From Phoronis australis (Eukaryota > Animalia > Phoronida): 64,000 nt of DNA. A model generated the notes under the pieces. It did not search any database. It had not been told where the DNA came from and saw only the letters and a program-made list of their open reading frames with translations. The position numbers and the translations under genes are program-made. Where the stretch lies: the NCBI GenBank assembly GCA_002633005.1, contig NMRA01000192.1, positions 233,503 to 297,502 of the forward strand. Direction: 5' to 3'. Shown piece after piece: positions 13,701 through 27,082 of the stretch. Numbering within the stretch: the first letter of the stretch is position 1; every line of letters begins with the position of its first letter.

Positions 13701-14424
13701 TATGACCAAAAGACAGTAAAGTAACACGTTTGAAACCGAACAGCCTCGTGTTATTAAATTGCATTTTGTAAAAATTCTTTAGATCAACTTTACCGTGAAA
13801 AACTGCCAGTCTCGCAAGTTCCATGTACTTGTAAACCTGCGAATCCGTGGTCGTGTTGCAACGTGCATGTCAGACATGTAAAATCAAAGTTGCGCAAATC
13901 TATACGTATGCCTAATGCTAACATTTTTAACTTTACAAAAAAATAAGATTTCTGTGTATTAAGCGTCGAAGCAAATCATGATCCTTGATTTGGGAACAAA
14001 AATACCAAAGCTGCGTGTCCCTGCCCTCTCTGACTACAATTGGTGTTAGAGACTATAAGGAAATGCAGCTTTAGGAATTTTTTGTTAGTGATCATTTTCA
14101 GAGACTATTTTAACCTGTTCTGCATTTCTTTTTAGAACGAATAACAAAAACGGATGCCCTTATAAATACCTAACTAATAGGGGCTTGGTCATATTTTACT
14201 GTCATTTGCAGTGTGTATGTTATTTTATTATCGTTCATTTGACTGATTTGGAATTCAATGACTGATTTGGGCCTTTACTGGCATACATGAATAGTAACAA
14301 ATAATTGCATGTGAAACATATTACAACCTCAGTATAAAAAAGTTCAGAATTGGACAATTCAAACTAACCTAACTCTGAGTAAGAACTGCAAGCGTCACCC
14401 TACACATATCTAGAAAGCTGGTTG

Positions 14425-14830
14425 CGGAACTTGAAGGCTAATTCCTTATCTCTGTGGTTGCATGGCAAAATTAGAAACACAACATAAAGCGACGTTGTGA
14501 GTATGAAGTAGGTTGAAAATTGCCGCCAAATGTTTTTAAGAACGAGTTTTGTCGCGGAAATGATAAGTCGCAAACCGTGTCCAGTAAGTAGTAAATGTCC
14601 TAAAGAGGAGCTGGGGAATAATTATACTGAATGATGCAGGCTATGTGAGTCCGCGAGCTACGTGATCAGTGAAAAGGTCACCTACATGTATTCTCAGACT
14701 TTCTTGTTTTCACATTTACATGTACAATTTGTCAATAAATACAACCGCACTTTGTTTAACGTTCATATAGATTATGTTAAAAATTAGCACTGTCGTTGTA
14801 CATTAGCATAGTAACGAGCATGCAACTACG
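14425..14830 (+). repeat. Dispersed repeat family, copy 1 of 3 (others ~38480-38870 and ~54035-54245)
   Basis: Shared ggaacttg...ctaattccttatctctgt...ttagaaacacaacat...agcgacg...gagcatgcaa. Confidence 0.75.
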
Positions 14831-15962
14831 TGTTTAACAAGTTCTCCAATACGTGTAAGTCTAGTAGATGAACGCACTTACATGTAAGAGTAAAACCCGT
14901 AAGCTTTAAAAACTGATTGTTTTGGAATTCCATTCAGAGTATAACACACGAAGTATACAGTTTAAGTTGAAGTGTATCCTTATTATTCGCCAAGCTCGGG
15001 TTCAGCAACTTCAATTCTGCAAACCCACTTTTAAGTTATTGAAATTTGAAAAATTAACGGATGTGGTGTGCATGCCAGATTTATAAAGTAATCTTTGCAA
15101 ATCCTTCCAACGAATGTTAAATGCACAATTTATTTACCTCCATGATATTTCTTATCTCTCTGTAAAGTGGTCTGCAGTGCAGCAGCGTCTGTCTTTGGTG
15201 ATCTGCCGCTTATACCTGTATATACATGTAAATGGCAATGATGGTTTATGGCAGCATTCTACAAGTTTCATAAACATTTATAAGTAAATCACACCTTTCT
15301 CTTTTCAGGGATTCTAAGAATCGAAATTTCTTTAGCAATAGAATTACGTACCATGTAGGCAGTTCTAATACTTATGTCGCAATCATTAAAATGTCAAGTC
15401 GCAGAAATTCTCATCAAACATTTCAAGGGACATTTCGTTAATCTGATACATCTAATGTCATCGGTTAGCAAAGAAGGTTATATTATTCATGACGCAGATG
15501 AATTCTGTTCTACAGAATACAGTTTTTATCGTTAACACAGAGCCACATTACTTGATAAAAAGTAGCCAGCATGGTTCTTTCGGTTTTCAAGCTTTTTGTC
15601 GAGTGTGCACATACTGTAAAACGATAGGAAGAAAAACAAATGTATGTCGGACATGGACTTTTGAAAAAATAATAATGTTTTTAAATCTCCAAAGCGTTTC
15701 AGTTAAGAATTCTCCATTGATAGCTAAAAAACAGCGAAATACAGCTTGAACTCATTTAATGTCTTCGATTGTTCACAGACAACGCCACAATGGTCAAAGT
15801 CAGGTTCAAAATATAGCATGGCCCCAGTCCTTCCTAGAATAAAACATGCAGTTTGGCTTCAAACTTGAAATTACCAAGTTGCTATCATTGTTCCACCCTG
15901 TACTTACAAAAAGTGAGTTACTAAAACCTCCGATCGAGACGTTAGATCGACATTTGAACAAA

Positions 15963-17597
15963 ATGTTAGCCGCTATTTGCTTCGTCGCAGTCTTCAGCGT
16001 CGGCCTGGCTCAGCCTTATCCTCCAGGTTATGCCTACCAATTAGGAAATGATTGGCGGGTGAACCCAGAGTAAGTATTATGTTTCTAGTGGTGTAAATAT
16101 TGCCAGATTTGCGATGATCTAAGACGAAACAATTTCCTGGTAGTTTTTTACGGGACAATATTGACATCATACCAATCGCAACGTTAATTTGTCTTTGTTT
16201 TTTAATTAAAGAGGTTTGGAACAAGAAAGCTCGTCAAAATATCTTTTAAAAAATCCTGTACCATCTCGCAACGTGTAGTACAGTGTAATTCCCCTGTTAT
16301 GAAATTTCCAGAAAAAATCACAAAATTTACGATTTTTGAATGATACACGCGACGGAATAACTGTGCTTAACACAGAGTTTCTGATCTCTTTCCCACTTAG
16401 GACAAATGCCCGCATTCACTCACAGACAGTTGCTGGAAGTCGCTTAGGGTCAAAAGTAACTGTGTCCACGTAATTTTGATGAACCTTTGTGATCAATTTT
16501 GATACCTTGGCATGAAACATTTGTTTTATTTTCCAAGTGGAACCTGCAACGGATATGACGGCAAGATACACAAGAGGTATACCAAATGGGACGAAACACG
16601 GGGAGGAATTGATTTTAGATGCCATTGCCATGACAAGGATGAGGAGTCATTGGGAATCCTTTTCGATGAATCTTTGTCGCCACTACCATTGTCCGACTCG
16701 CCAGCAAAAAAGTACAGCCAAAATGCAGCAGATGCGCCCCCGGAAGTGAGCTGTACGAGAAGAGGTATGCCCAGGAAAGTTTTAATCAAATGGTTGTGGA
16801 GAAGTATTTAAAAGGCACTGGTTTGTTATGTAGATGCAGACGTTGCTGTTTGCATTACGGCAACCCCTGCTCATTCATGCAAAGTGTCACCTTTGTGGTT
16901 CTTTTATTTGAGGGCATGCACCCTCACCTCAGTCTAATCACCGGGATAGAGGTACATGTACGTTTCATATTCGTCTTCGAAAGGGAAGTTCTTTTCTAAT
17001 CTAGGGGTACATATGAATTTAAGATATTTAATTAATAATACAAGTTTTGGTTTTTACAAGATATCAAGTGAATAAACAAAACATGTACATCCGGCTTATT
17101 GTAATGCCATTGGTGTTAAATTGTTCCTTGAACAAAACAGGTGTGATGTCGGAGCTTGGAACGGACCGACAGATCGCTTTAAAATTGGGGCGGTTTGCCT
17201 ACACACGCGCTACATGTCAATGCGCGCCTGTACTTTTACGTCGCAGTTATGAGAAATAAGTCGTAAAAAGCTGTTACTGTAATACGCATTGATCGTAGTC
17301 ACTTTTGGAATAAACTTCCGCTCCTATAGTCGAAACCGCTCGGCTTACGTTCATTGTTTAACATAATAAAAATTACCATCATAATTACGATAAACCAATG
17401 TGATGCGCTTAACACAAGTTTTGGTTGTTTTCACAGGTTGCGTGGATCAGTCTGGAGGCCATGTTGATGTGGGATCGTCATATTTATGGACGAAGGACGG
17501 CGTTCCTCACTCGTGCACGTGCGTCATCAGTGAAGATGCTCCTGTGAAAAGCGAGATCACAGACTTCTATATCAAGTGTCTGCCTGCCAAAAAATAG
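15963..17597 (+). CDS. 3-exon secreted Cys-rich protein (164 aa) with two fibronectin-type-I-like modules
   Basis: Exons 15963-16069, 16538-16764, 17437-17597; GT-AG introns (phases 2 and 1) join in frame. Signal peptide MLAAICFVAVFSVGLA|QP. Modules CNGYDGKIH...W...CHC...C and CVDQSGGHVDVGSSY...CTC...C. AATAAA at 17977. Confidence 0.85.
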
Positions 17598-18061
17598 TTT
17601 TCCAGTCGATTACAAGTCTGAAAACTAAAGGCTTGCAAATGTATACTTGGATTCACACGAACATGGGTTCAAAACGTTTTAACTAAAACATTTGTGTGAC
17701 GTGTTGAAACGTTGTAGCTAAATCGCAATTTTCATATGACCGATTTAAAACGCTTTAACTTAAAATATCTCTCTAATATATTGTATTCGCACGACTAATT
17801 TAGATCCTTTTCACCAACTATATTTTCTCACACTTTCTGCCATGTTCGTGTAAATCCAGCTCATATATTTATTCGTTGTATTTTGAGGCTCGTTTTCAGA
17901 AATACTCCTCATGGGAACTTCTGTCGTAAGCCTGAGATCATTTGATGAAATAGCTTTACCCGCCATGTGGTGAATCAATAAAGTTGTTGACCATTTATAG
18001 TAATTATTTTTTTACCGAGCTACGCCGGCCTTACGAATAAGCATAATTGAGAATCGTCAAT

Positions 18062-18985
18062 AGAGCTCTGATACCCCGTAAAATGTAACAGTTTCGTAAA
18101 ATTTGACAATTGTTACATTTTACGTTATTGTTACACTTTACGAGGCTAAGTCTCTCCTAAAATGTAACAATGAATTGTTACATTTTACATCGAATGTGCT
18201 TGCGAGAAATGTACCAATGTTACATTATACGAAACCAACGTCATACTACTCAGAACTAAAATCACGAAGAAGTGGTATCTTACACGGCCGGGGGCTACTC
18301 TAGTATTTTTGGACGAAGGGTGCCGCCCAAAAATTTGATAAATACCCATTCAGAAAGTTGGCTCGGACAAACAGAAACCTATTGGAGAGTAATTTTGTGT
18401 AAAATTCACATTTTTGCACAGTTCTGTTCCAGAAATTTAGAACAGACAGACACCTTTTAGATAGCATTTTGGAGAGTATTTTTGCTGTGCAAAAATATCC
18501 TTTAGGCGGTACTTTTCGTATACCCGCTTGCATAGGAATATCCTCCGGGCTGACACGGAATGAATTTGGCTACCCAATATCATTTTTATTACTATAACAT
18601 TACTACAACGTTACTATAACATTACTATTACTGATATTACTGCTTTTACGACATCACTATTATTACTTGTTATCGATATCCTTATTATTGTTTTTTGAAT
18701 TGATTTAACGAGGAAACACTGCAATATACACAATACATGTTTAGCAATGTGCTAATACATTGTTTTTCCGTGTGACAAAAACACTATGCTTTCGTTAAGT
18801 GTAACAATGGTAGATCTCTACATTTCTCGCATGTCCATTCCACGTAAATTGTAACAATTACATAAAATGTATCAACTTGTTACATATTAGGGGAGGCCTA
18901 GCAATGTAATATGTAGCAATGATGTAAAATGTAACAGTTGTTACATTTTACAAAATCGTTACATTTTACTACTTATCAGAGCCCT
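18062..18985. mobile_element. Foldback-like MITE with ~160-bp imperfect TIRs built of aaaatgtaac units; nested MITE at ~18287-18549
   Basis: Left gctctgataccccgtaaaatgtaacag vs reverse-complemented right gctctgataagtagtaaaatgtaacga; similarity extends to tgcgagaaatgta. Inner element bounded by ccgggggctact...atatcctccggg. Confidence 0.75.
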
Positions 18986-21900
18986 TTCACATTCCTAACA
19001 CGCATGCCCAGACGCACAGAAGGTCGACGTGAGCGCACGAGACATAGCATGAGTGCAAACTAAGGCGCAATGTTTACTAGTTACATGTAGATCTGTGTGG
19101 TCAGGCGAGATTATTCGCTTATACATGTGCGGAGAAATGATCTGTTCGAAGTTTTCTTACATTGGACACATGACAGCGCTTTTAGTACCAAGAATTGCCA
19201 AGAGTAGAGAATTGGTTATCACTTCATTCAATAATTGCAATTCTTTGTGAAATGTTCACAGAGATTGGCATTTACCTGAGTTACAAAATTACTAAATTAT
19301 CAGAAAAGTTTTAATATGACTAAGAATGTTGACTGTTTCTAAAAAGGAGGTCAGTCCAAATTATGAGAAATGTGTTTCTTGATTATGAACAGATTTATGT
19401 TAAAAACGTTAGTTTGACTAACTGACGACAAGTTGTGCATGAAAGAAAAGGAATTTAGTCTTAGGCAAAACAATATCTCATTGACCTACGTGTACTCCTG
19501 CAGCCACCAAATTATGATCTAAAAACCCGTGGCTGCAGTTTACTCAATGGGCGACTACGCCATTTTTGTAAAATATTTAAGGTTAGTAGAACCGTCACGT
19601 GACACCCCAGACTACTTTTCATTCATTTCAAATAATCAAAACCAATAGGCCCAAGGCTGTACATTTTCACACAAAATGATGATACATAAGAGGCCTGGTT
19701 ACTTAAGTTGATAAACTCTTGAAAATCTTAAACATGTAGCTTATAACTCTGTAGAACGTGGGTCGTACACGTAGCTCCAGTCTCTTCATCGTACGCTCAT
19801 GACCAGAAGGTCGTCTTCATTTTTTTCCTATGTGACTGGAGTATGCGTATATCTTCAAGCATGTGATATTCGAAAAATTCTCGCATTATCACCTGCACAT
19901 TTTATGCTCTCCTAACAGAACATCATTTATCAAGAGCTGGCGCTGTATAATTCTTTAGTCGATCACAAGCTCACTCTACTTCAGAAAGTGCACAAGGTGA
20001 AATTAATTAACTATCTGAATGATGAAAAAATTAGAGGGGAGAGCTCCCTTCCAGTACCTATGCCTTAGGAGTGTCTGTGGGAAATTCCTAGATTTTTTTT
20101 GAGAATTCAAGCCTTAACAGACCTCTAAATGCATTTAGTGGCGGACTTTATCGGATATATTGGTCCTCCGGAACCTGGTCATGACACACAAATTCAAGTG
20201 CCCATGTTGTACATAAGGCGATGGAGCTTGAACCAATCTATATGAGGCTGAATGGGTCGCTACACTAAATTTTCGTCTACAAGCCATTGTTGAGTATTTG
20301 CCAAACATCAATTGCCTTTCGCGGGTTTAGTTTGATTCGCTACATGTTTTGATACTCGAAAAACGTAAACAACTTCTTACCCCAAGCTGTAAAGAAAACT
20401 TGGAATAATATCAAAGTTATGAAGCTTCTAGGAAGCACCGCGTCGGGAGGCAAAGGAATTTAGGAAACTTCGGGGGCCCAGAAATTTGAGCCCGGGAACA
20501 TCGAGAAGGCGGAACATAAAGGCAGGGAACACTGGGCAAGGAAAACAACGGTAGCCTGCATAGGAACGGGGATAGATGCGCGCACATGTACATGTAGTTC
20601 ATAAATTGACACAATTTCAATGATAATGATGCTGACATTGAGTGTACATATCTTTAAATAAAAATCAAAGTAGGTGTGTACATATGGCAGAATGTAGTAA
20701 AACTCAATTTAGTGACGAACATTTATCAGCAGAAAGTTTGGTCTCTACTAAAACTCCCGAAAGACACTGTTGTGATGAATTGCAAGCAGCGCACCTAAGT
20801 TTAAATCTAAATTATATGTGCTGACGCGTCCTTTGTCTGTAATGGGTAACATGAGAAAGAGAAAACCTGGGGATTTACTTGACTGTAAAGTTCCTTTAAC
20901 ACTGAATTGGCACAAGGGAAATATCAGGTAGACCCCAGTTTATTGTTATTAGTTCAAAGCAAATATTATTCTTGCCCTTTATTGATACGCTCAAGTAAAC
21001 TCGCTCTTATCGTGCCAATTTTAACAAACATGGATTGCGTTAGCGTCTATTTTTAGTTTTATTTTCCTAAAATCCAAGATGTGAAACTGAAACCGTGAGC
21101 AATATATATTTTTTAAGCTAAGCCTGTCATACCTAAAGCATGCCACACGATCGAACATTTGATTGAATGACGTGATTCGATTGCGTTTTTGCAAAGTTTA
21201 AGCGTTAAGTGCGAATGTAGCAAAGCAGTAATTAAGTTCATGTCAATGAGTTTGAATTCAATACCAGTTCGATCATTAAGCTAATTCTATCCTCGGCGCA
21301 TCGTAGCAAGCCATATAACTGTGGTTGATTCCCAATATTTATGAAATTTAGTAAATTAGAATTAGTGTATTTTAGATTAGCAAACGCGAGGTTGTTTTTT
21401 TCCCAACATAACATTTACTATAGCCTTTGATTAACTAATGTGATGTTGTCTGTTAGACCTGATACAGCTTAAGTCACGAATTTTCAAATTCTACCGGTTA
21501 TAAATCATGGTCTGTTGCTAAAACGACTTTCTTCACACACATATCGCAAAAGCACTGATTCATGGTATTCTTCTCGACTGTTCATTTTGAAATTGGTTGC
21601 AATGAACTGGCAAACTATTTCGCCATACCATGTAACTTAATGACTATTTCCTGAAGTTGTAGCAACCTTCCAGTTCTTCTTTAGTCTAGAAATCACAAGA
21701 TGACAGGCATTTTATAACGTTCTGTCAGGAGATGCTGGTGTGTTACTCTTTCATGGGGATCAAAAAGCCGTAACGCAGTCGTTGTTTTACGACATTGACT
21801 AATTTATAGGACATTTGAAAACAACTTATTAATCCACTAACAGATTATTTAATTGGTTTTGCATAGAGGTTACAGGCTTTTGATAATAAATTGCGACACT

Positions 21901-22959
21901 GATTTTCACATTGACGTCAAAATGATGCGGTGCTTCGTAATGGGATGGGCGATGTTTTCGGCATTTGTCAGATGTTGTAGCGTAAATTTTATTAACGTTA
22001 CCTTGGCCTATTTTTTACTCAACGATGTTTCACGATCTTTGAGAGGATACATGTAGCGCGATTTCACTTGGATCCTTATCCGCGCTTCTCTCCTACGTGA
22101 AAGACGTGCTGGTGTTTTCCTTTCATAAGTAATTTCCCCACCAATTACCAGCCCTTGCGGGTTTTCGCCGTCTTTTGTTGGTTTGAAAAATAGTTTTGTA
22201 CATTATATCCATTTCTTACATTAAACATCTCAAACCTATGTTATTTCTAATTCAACATGTCATTAAATATTGTGTGATTTTTTCGTTCATTTTTTGAAAT
22301 TTACAATCTTAAGTCCAAGCTCATAACAGTCCGTATGTCACACAATGTCGTTGACGTGATTTTTTGTCCCCACAGCACGATGTGGGAGGCAAAGTATTCT
22401 GCATGTCACGCAATGGCGTTGGAATGACGTATAAAAATGGAAGCTGCATACTTTGTTCATATTTTACACTGAGGTGTAGGTAGGACATCTCAAAGCGACA
22501 GTTGATATTGTTTTGAATAGGGGTCCTGCCATGCTCTTAAATTCCCCTTGTATTTTTACAAACATTATCAATAGTTGAGTTCCCTGAAGCAATTGCCAGG
22601 CTTATTTTTTATGTCACGCTTTGCTCATTTCTTTTTGGTGTGACCCCCAGGTTCATTTCTAATGTTGAGGACCAAGCCAATGACTTGTTGCTTCTGTTTG
22701 TTTTGTAATTGATCTCAACTTTATCAGGTGTTGCATGATATCAAAGGGATTTTATGAAGCATACATGTATTATTGTACTTACTTCATTGATATTGAGACT
22801 TATTGTACAGTCTGCACACCCCAGGCTGATGTTTAGTGTATACATTGTTTCAGTGATTATTAAGTAATCCTGATGTTGATATAAGTTGATGTTATCTGAA
22901 GTTTCATATTGTATTAACAAAATAAGCAATGAATCTCTCTCTGCCTGTTGCATGTAGAG

Positions 22960-23510
22960 ATGTGTCAGTGGCTTAGCTCAAAACACATCACAGCCGCAAA
23001 TTCTGTAACAGTCAAGCTATGTTCTCCACACGTTCTTCTGTTGCTGGCAATGCTTTAAAAAAATAAAACCGAGACCGGAAAGACATCTTTTATTTATGCT
23101 GCTGCTGCTGCAATATGGGACTATCTTATCCTGAAACTAAACGGTCCAATAAAATTAATACTTTCAAACTTAGTATTAAAAAGTGGTTTTAATTTACACA
23201 GCCATTCTTACACCTTACCTGTTTAAATTCTGTCATTTTTCATTGCTGTAAATACTCTCACTATTCAGTATCATCTCTTTATTTATTTCATCTCTCTTAG
23301 ACAAATTTTTATCATCCTTCGTCATTTATTTATTATCTAAGTTCTCAACCTGTTTTAAATGTTTCTTTGTCACATGTATTTAATTATTGCTTTACTGCGT
23401 TATAATAATTGTATTATACTACTGTTTTATAGTTTGTTGTTGAGGGCCCTTTTGGAAGGCAATGCTGACACTGAAGACGCCACTCTTATTTCAAAAATTG
23501 CAATAAATAT
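22960..23510 (+). mobile_element. 3' end of an L2/CR1-like LINE (also at ~29930-30372 in copy B)
   Basis: STRSS...KTETGKTSFIYAAAAIWD-L...FK-IKKW C-terminal motif, then a T-rich 3'UTR ending gagggcccttttggaag...gcaataaa. Confidence 0.55.
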
Positions 23511-24576
23511 ATTAGATAGTTGGTGCTTTAGTCGTATTTACTCTTAAACCATGGCGTTATAGTTGTAATGTCATGATCTTTGCATTTTAGCGTGAACAAA
23601 AGAATAATTTTTTATCCTATTTATTCAGCTGTTAAATGACTGTAATTGGCACTTTGGTTACGGCTGGTTGGCAAAAAGAAAAGAACAATTGTGATTGGTT
23701 ATGTATCAGAAAAAAACATGCGTATTATCGTATTCTGGGTTATGAAAAGTTATGGATGCGAATTTTCAAAGCAGCGCATTGTGTAAACACCGACATACTG
23801 ATTTACGTTTCGGTTTATTGGCTCTCGTGTACCTGTACAGTCTGTTCTCCACATGTGTCAACTGACTGGAATATTGCGAACTTTTGTCTTGAGAATGGTT
23901 TAGATAAAATAACCGAAACGTCGATAAATATGTCGTTTTAAAGGTATGTACATTTTTTTCTACAATCACAATGGTACTGGTCCGATCGTACCTCCAATAA
24001 TAAGTATGTTGTTGATCATATTTGTGTTAACCTGGAACCTCACATCCTAAATATGTGTATTTGCCTGTTGTATGTATCTGTATACATGTTTTAAAATAAA
24101 CACTGTACTATCAGATATGTGTCATAAGATTTCATTTCATCTAAAATAATTGCAGTGTAAATAAAACCAACCTTTTGGGATGTGCCATTTTGGCAAAATT
24201 CGTTCTCAGCCAAAGTATCTTTCATATAGGAGGTTTTTGATTGTCCTCCACATGAAATTCCGGATCAAATGACAGGTCACAAATAGATCTAATCAGTTCT
24301 TAACTGAGGCAGCCCAGCCAGCTGGCTCTCTACTCTGTTGGCCGGGAATGGGGTTAACTGAAACTTGCGCTTCAGTTAACAAAGGAAATTGGGTTTTGGC
24401 TTGAATTTTCACTAGAAATAAGTCCGTCATGTTAGGATCAAGATAACGCTGGATAAGTCTCAAACCGTAACACATATGCTGATGTTACTCTGACGGAACT
24501 AACATGCGCATCGCAGCATTTGAAAGCATAGATTAGTTTCAATTCACTGGACTTTTGGGAATTCTGATAACGTCAT

Positions 24577-24614
24577 GGGATTTTCCAGCTTTTTTGTCTC
24601 ATTAGCTATATAAA
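24577..24614 (+). promoter_or_regulatory. NF-kB site (GGGATTTTCC 24577-24586) and TATA box (TATATAAA 24607-24614) of kinase copy A
   Basis: Exact GGGRNWYYCC match, preceded by CRE-like taacgtca; TATA 34 nt before the ATG. Confidence 0.6.
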
Positions 24615-24647
24615 CCCCGGAAACTTTGCAGTTCCTTACACAACATT

Positions 24648-24788
24648 ATGGATGCGGAGAAGACGTCTTATTGGATCAAAACGGAAAATTTTTCCGTAAA
24701 CAAGTCAGATGAATTGGGAAAAGGGGCGTTCGGGATAGTGTATAGTGGCAGACAAAATCTCACTCACCGCAAGGTAGCGGTTAAAGAA
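24648..24788 (+). CDS. Ser/Thr kinase exon 1, duplicate/allelic copy A (downstream exons not present in this copy)
   Basis: MDAEKTSYWIKTENFSVNKSDELGKGAFGIVYSGRQNLTHRKVAVKE|gtaagt: Gly loop and VAVK motif. Confidence 0.85.
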
Positions 24789-27082
24789 GTAAGTTTACTC
24801 TAAATATGCTGATATAGCACAAATCTTACATGAGTGTATACCTACAGTATTAATAACAAGTCTACGAATTCTGCGAGAAGTTCAGATTTTATCCAAATTA
24901 TCGATGTACAATATCCTCCCCCAAAGTAGCTCCATCATATTCACTGAACATAGAAAAATGGTGAAAACATCAAACTAATCTACAAGTATCTGCAATGCTT
25001 GATTTAGAAATTATAAGCAAACACACATTTTTGCATAATGTCGGATTTAATTTGCATATTTAAAATGCGCAAAGATGTCAAGATTACCTTTAATATACTA
25101 CCAAGAATAGGTATCCATTTCTGGCTACTACACTAAAGGTGTTATTTCAACAAACAAAAACAATTTTTATCTCACAACAGTGCGCTCTTCACTTGAATTG
25201 CAATAACCCGCAACTGTGCTTGAATTTTGCTGCCCTACGATTTTCCCTGGCAGTTGCCATATGCCACTTCGTCTGGAAAAATACTAACTTGCTTATTAAC
25301 TTTAATTTTAAATCATTAAACACAATATATTCAAGACCCAAGAATCATTTACAGTCCATACCTCTGTTGTCTAAAATTAAAAATTCCGCAATTGAAAACG
25401 GGGGACAGTGTAATTAACTGTTGTTCATGAGCTGAATGTTAGCGATTGAAAATTATTGTAGTGCCAGGAGCAGTAACTTTTTAATCTCTTGAGAACACGG
25501 ATTTCATCTATCCAAACAGCAATGATCGCGGCCATCAAACTTCTTCCTTTTTACCATAAGACTTAAATACTGATATTTTATACTATTTGGCAACATACTA
25601 ATTTTTTCTGAAGTTATTTCGTCAGCAGTTGGTATTTTGTAAGAAATAGGCAGTCGCTCTTTGTTGGTAATGGCTGCCTGACAAAGTCGACGGGGACCAC
25701 GGTATCTTAGTTTTTCCCTGCCTGATTTTTTTTCACTATTTTTGCAAGTTGTCAAAATATTTTTATTGCACAGCGACTTTACTCGATTATTCTGAACGTG
25801 CATATTCGTTTTTCCTTGCCTGAATTTATTTTCACTATTTTCGCAAGTTGGTAGAATATTTCTGTTGTATAGCGACTACTTTACTTTGTTTTGACCGTGC
25901 ATATTCGTTGCTATTCTTGTATTGTTTACCTTTGTAAAACACCTTTAGCTCAGTTGGATAGACAGCCTTATTATTCATCCATTATTTGACCAATTTCACT
26001 TCCGACTTAAAGGCAAATTTACTGAGATTTACTCGGATCCAGATCGTCACAAGTGCGAGCTTTTAAGAATCTTTCAATGAGATTCGAGATCAAAATCACT
26101 CGACAATTTATTGAATTAGGTTGAAATGAACACTTCGTGCATTGTTAAAAAGAGACCCCCACACCAGAAGTTTTCAGTTTTTATTTCTCAAAGGAGCTCA
26201 TTCAGTGTTTCAAATAATGTTTTTCAAATTAACTCCGGACCTGATCATTGTGGGTTCGAATTTAATCACGGTATTATTAAGAAGTCAGTCAACTGACGCT
26301 CTTCTGCTGTAAGTCTGACAGTAGTTTTTAGTCTAGTCAATAAACAATTTACTTGTGGTTTTTGTTTCTTCTGAGGAAGCAATTTATATGTAGATGGCTA
26401 AACCGTTAAGCGCCATCTTGAGGCTTGGGAACGAGGTTGTCTCAACGCGGGGTTATTGTGTCGGCACAAAATACATTAATAGCTTATAAATCTCAATAAA
26501 ATTTAGAAAGTCACAATAATTAATGTAATTTATCCGTGGTAAGGTGAGTGATTATATGCGAGAATAATTGTGTAAATATCCCTGTATTGTTCTGATAACA
26601 TTACATGGGCGGCGCAACATAGGAGGCTAGGGGAGCTATAGCCCACAAATTTTTTCAGCGCTAAGCCACCGATAGTCTATGGGCGGTTCGCCAGAAGGGG
26701 AGCTGGGGGGCTATAGCCCTCCACTTTTTCAGTGCTGCACAGCCCATGCATTGCTCAGTGCTGTTATAACAGTGGCTGATCTAGGATACCATAACGGGTG
26801 GGGGGCAACATGTTGCCTCGGGGAAGTGGGTAAAGCGGTGTTTTATGTGCACAGGCAGCTCGAAAGACGAAAGGGCCCAGGATGAAAATGTATCGATGGA
26901 ATAAAAAATACGGGATTTTATAGTTTTTGTTTGCGAACAGAATGTGCCGACAATTTGTACACGTAAACAATGTATCAGGAATGCATAAGATGCATGATGA
27001 AAATACAGTGTATGTCTATTAATTGATAAAGTAGCGTTCAAGATCATTTGAAAGCTAGGCAGCATTATAAGCACGGGGTGAG

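Larger units (their letters stand above)
21157..27082 (+). repeat. Copy A of a ~6-kb duplication (copy B 28124-34307): upstream region, promoter, kinase exon 1 and start of intron 1
   Basis: Near-identical sequence resumes right after the single N at 28123; paired ORFs in the track (21853/28826, 23636/30498 etc.). Confidence 0.95.

Noticed and set aside
20079-20088. Perfect kB site GGGAAATTCC
   Set aside because: Isolated, within repeat-like sequence and far from a recognisable TSS; could be chance.
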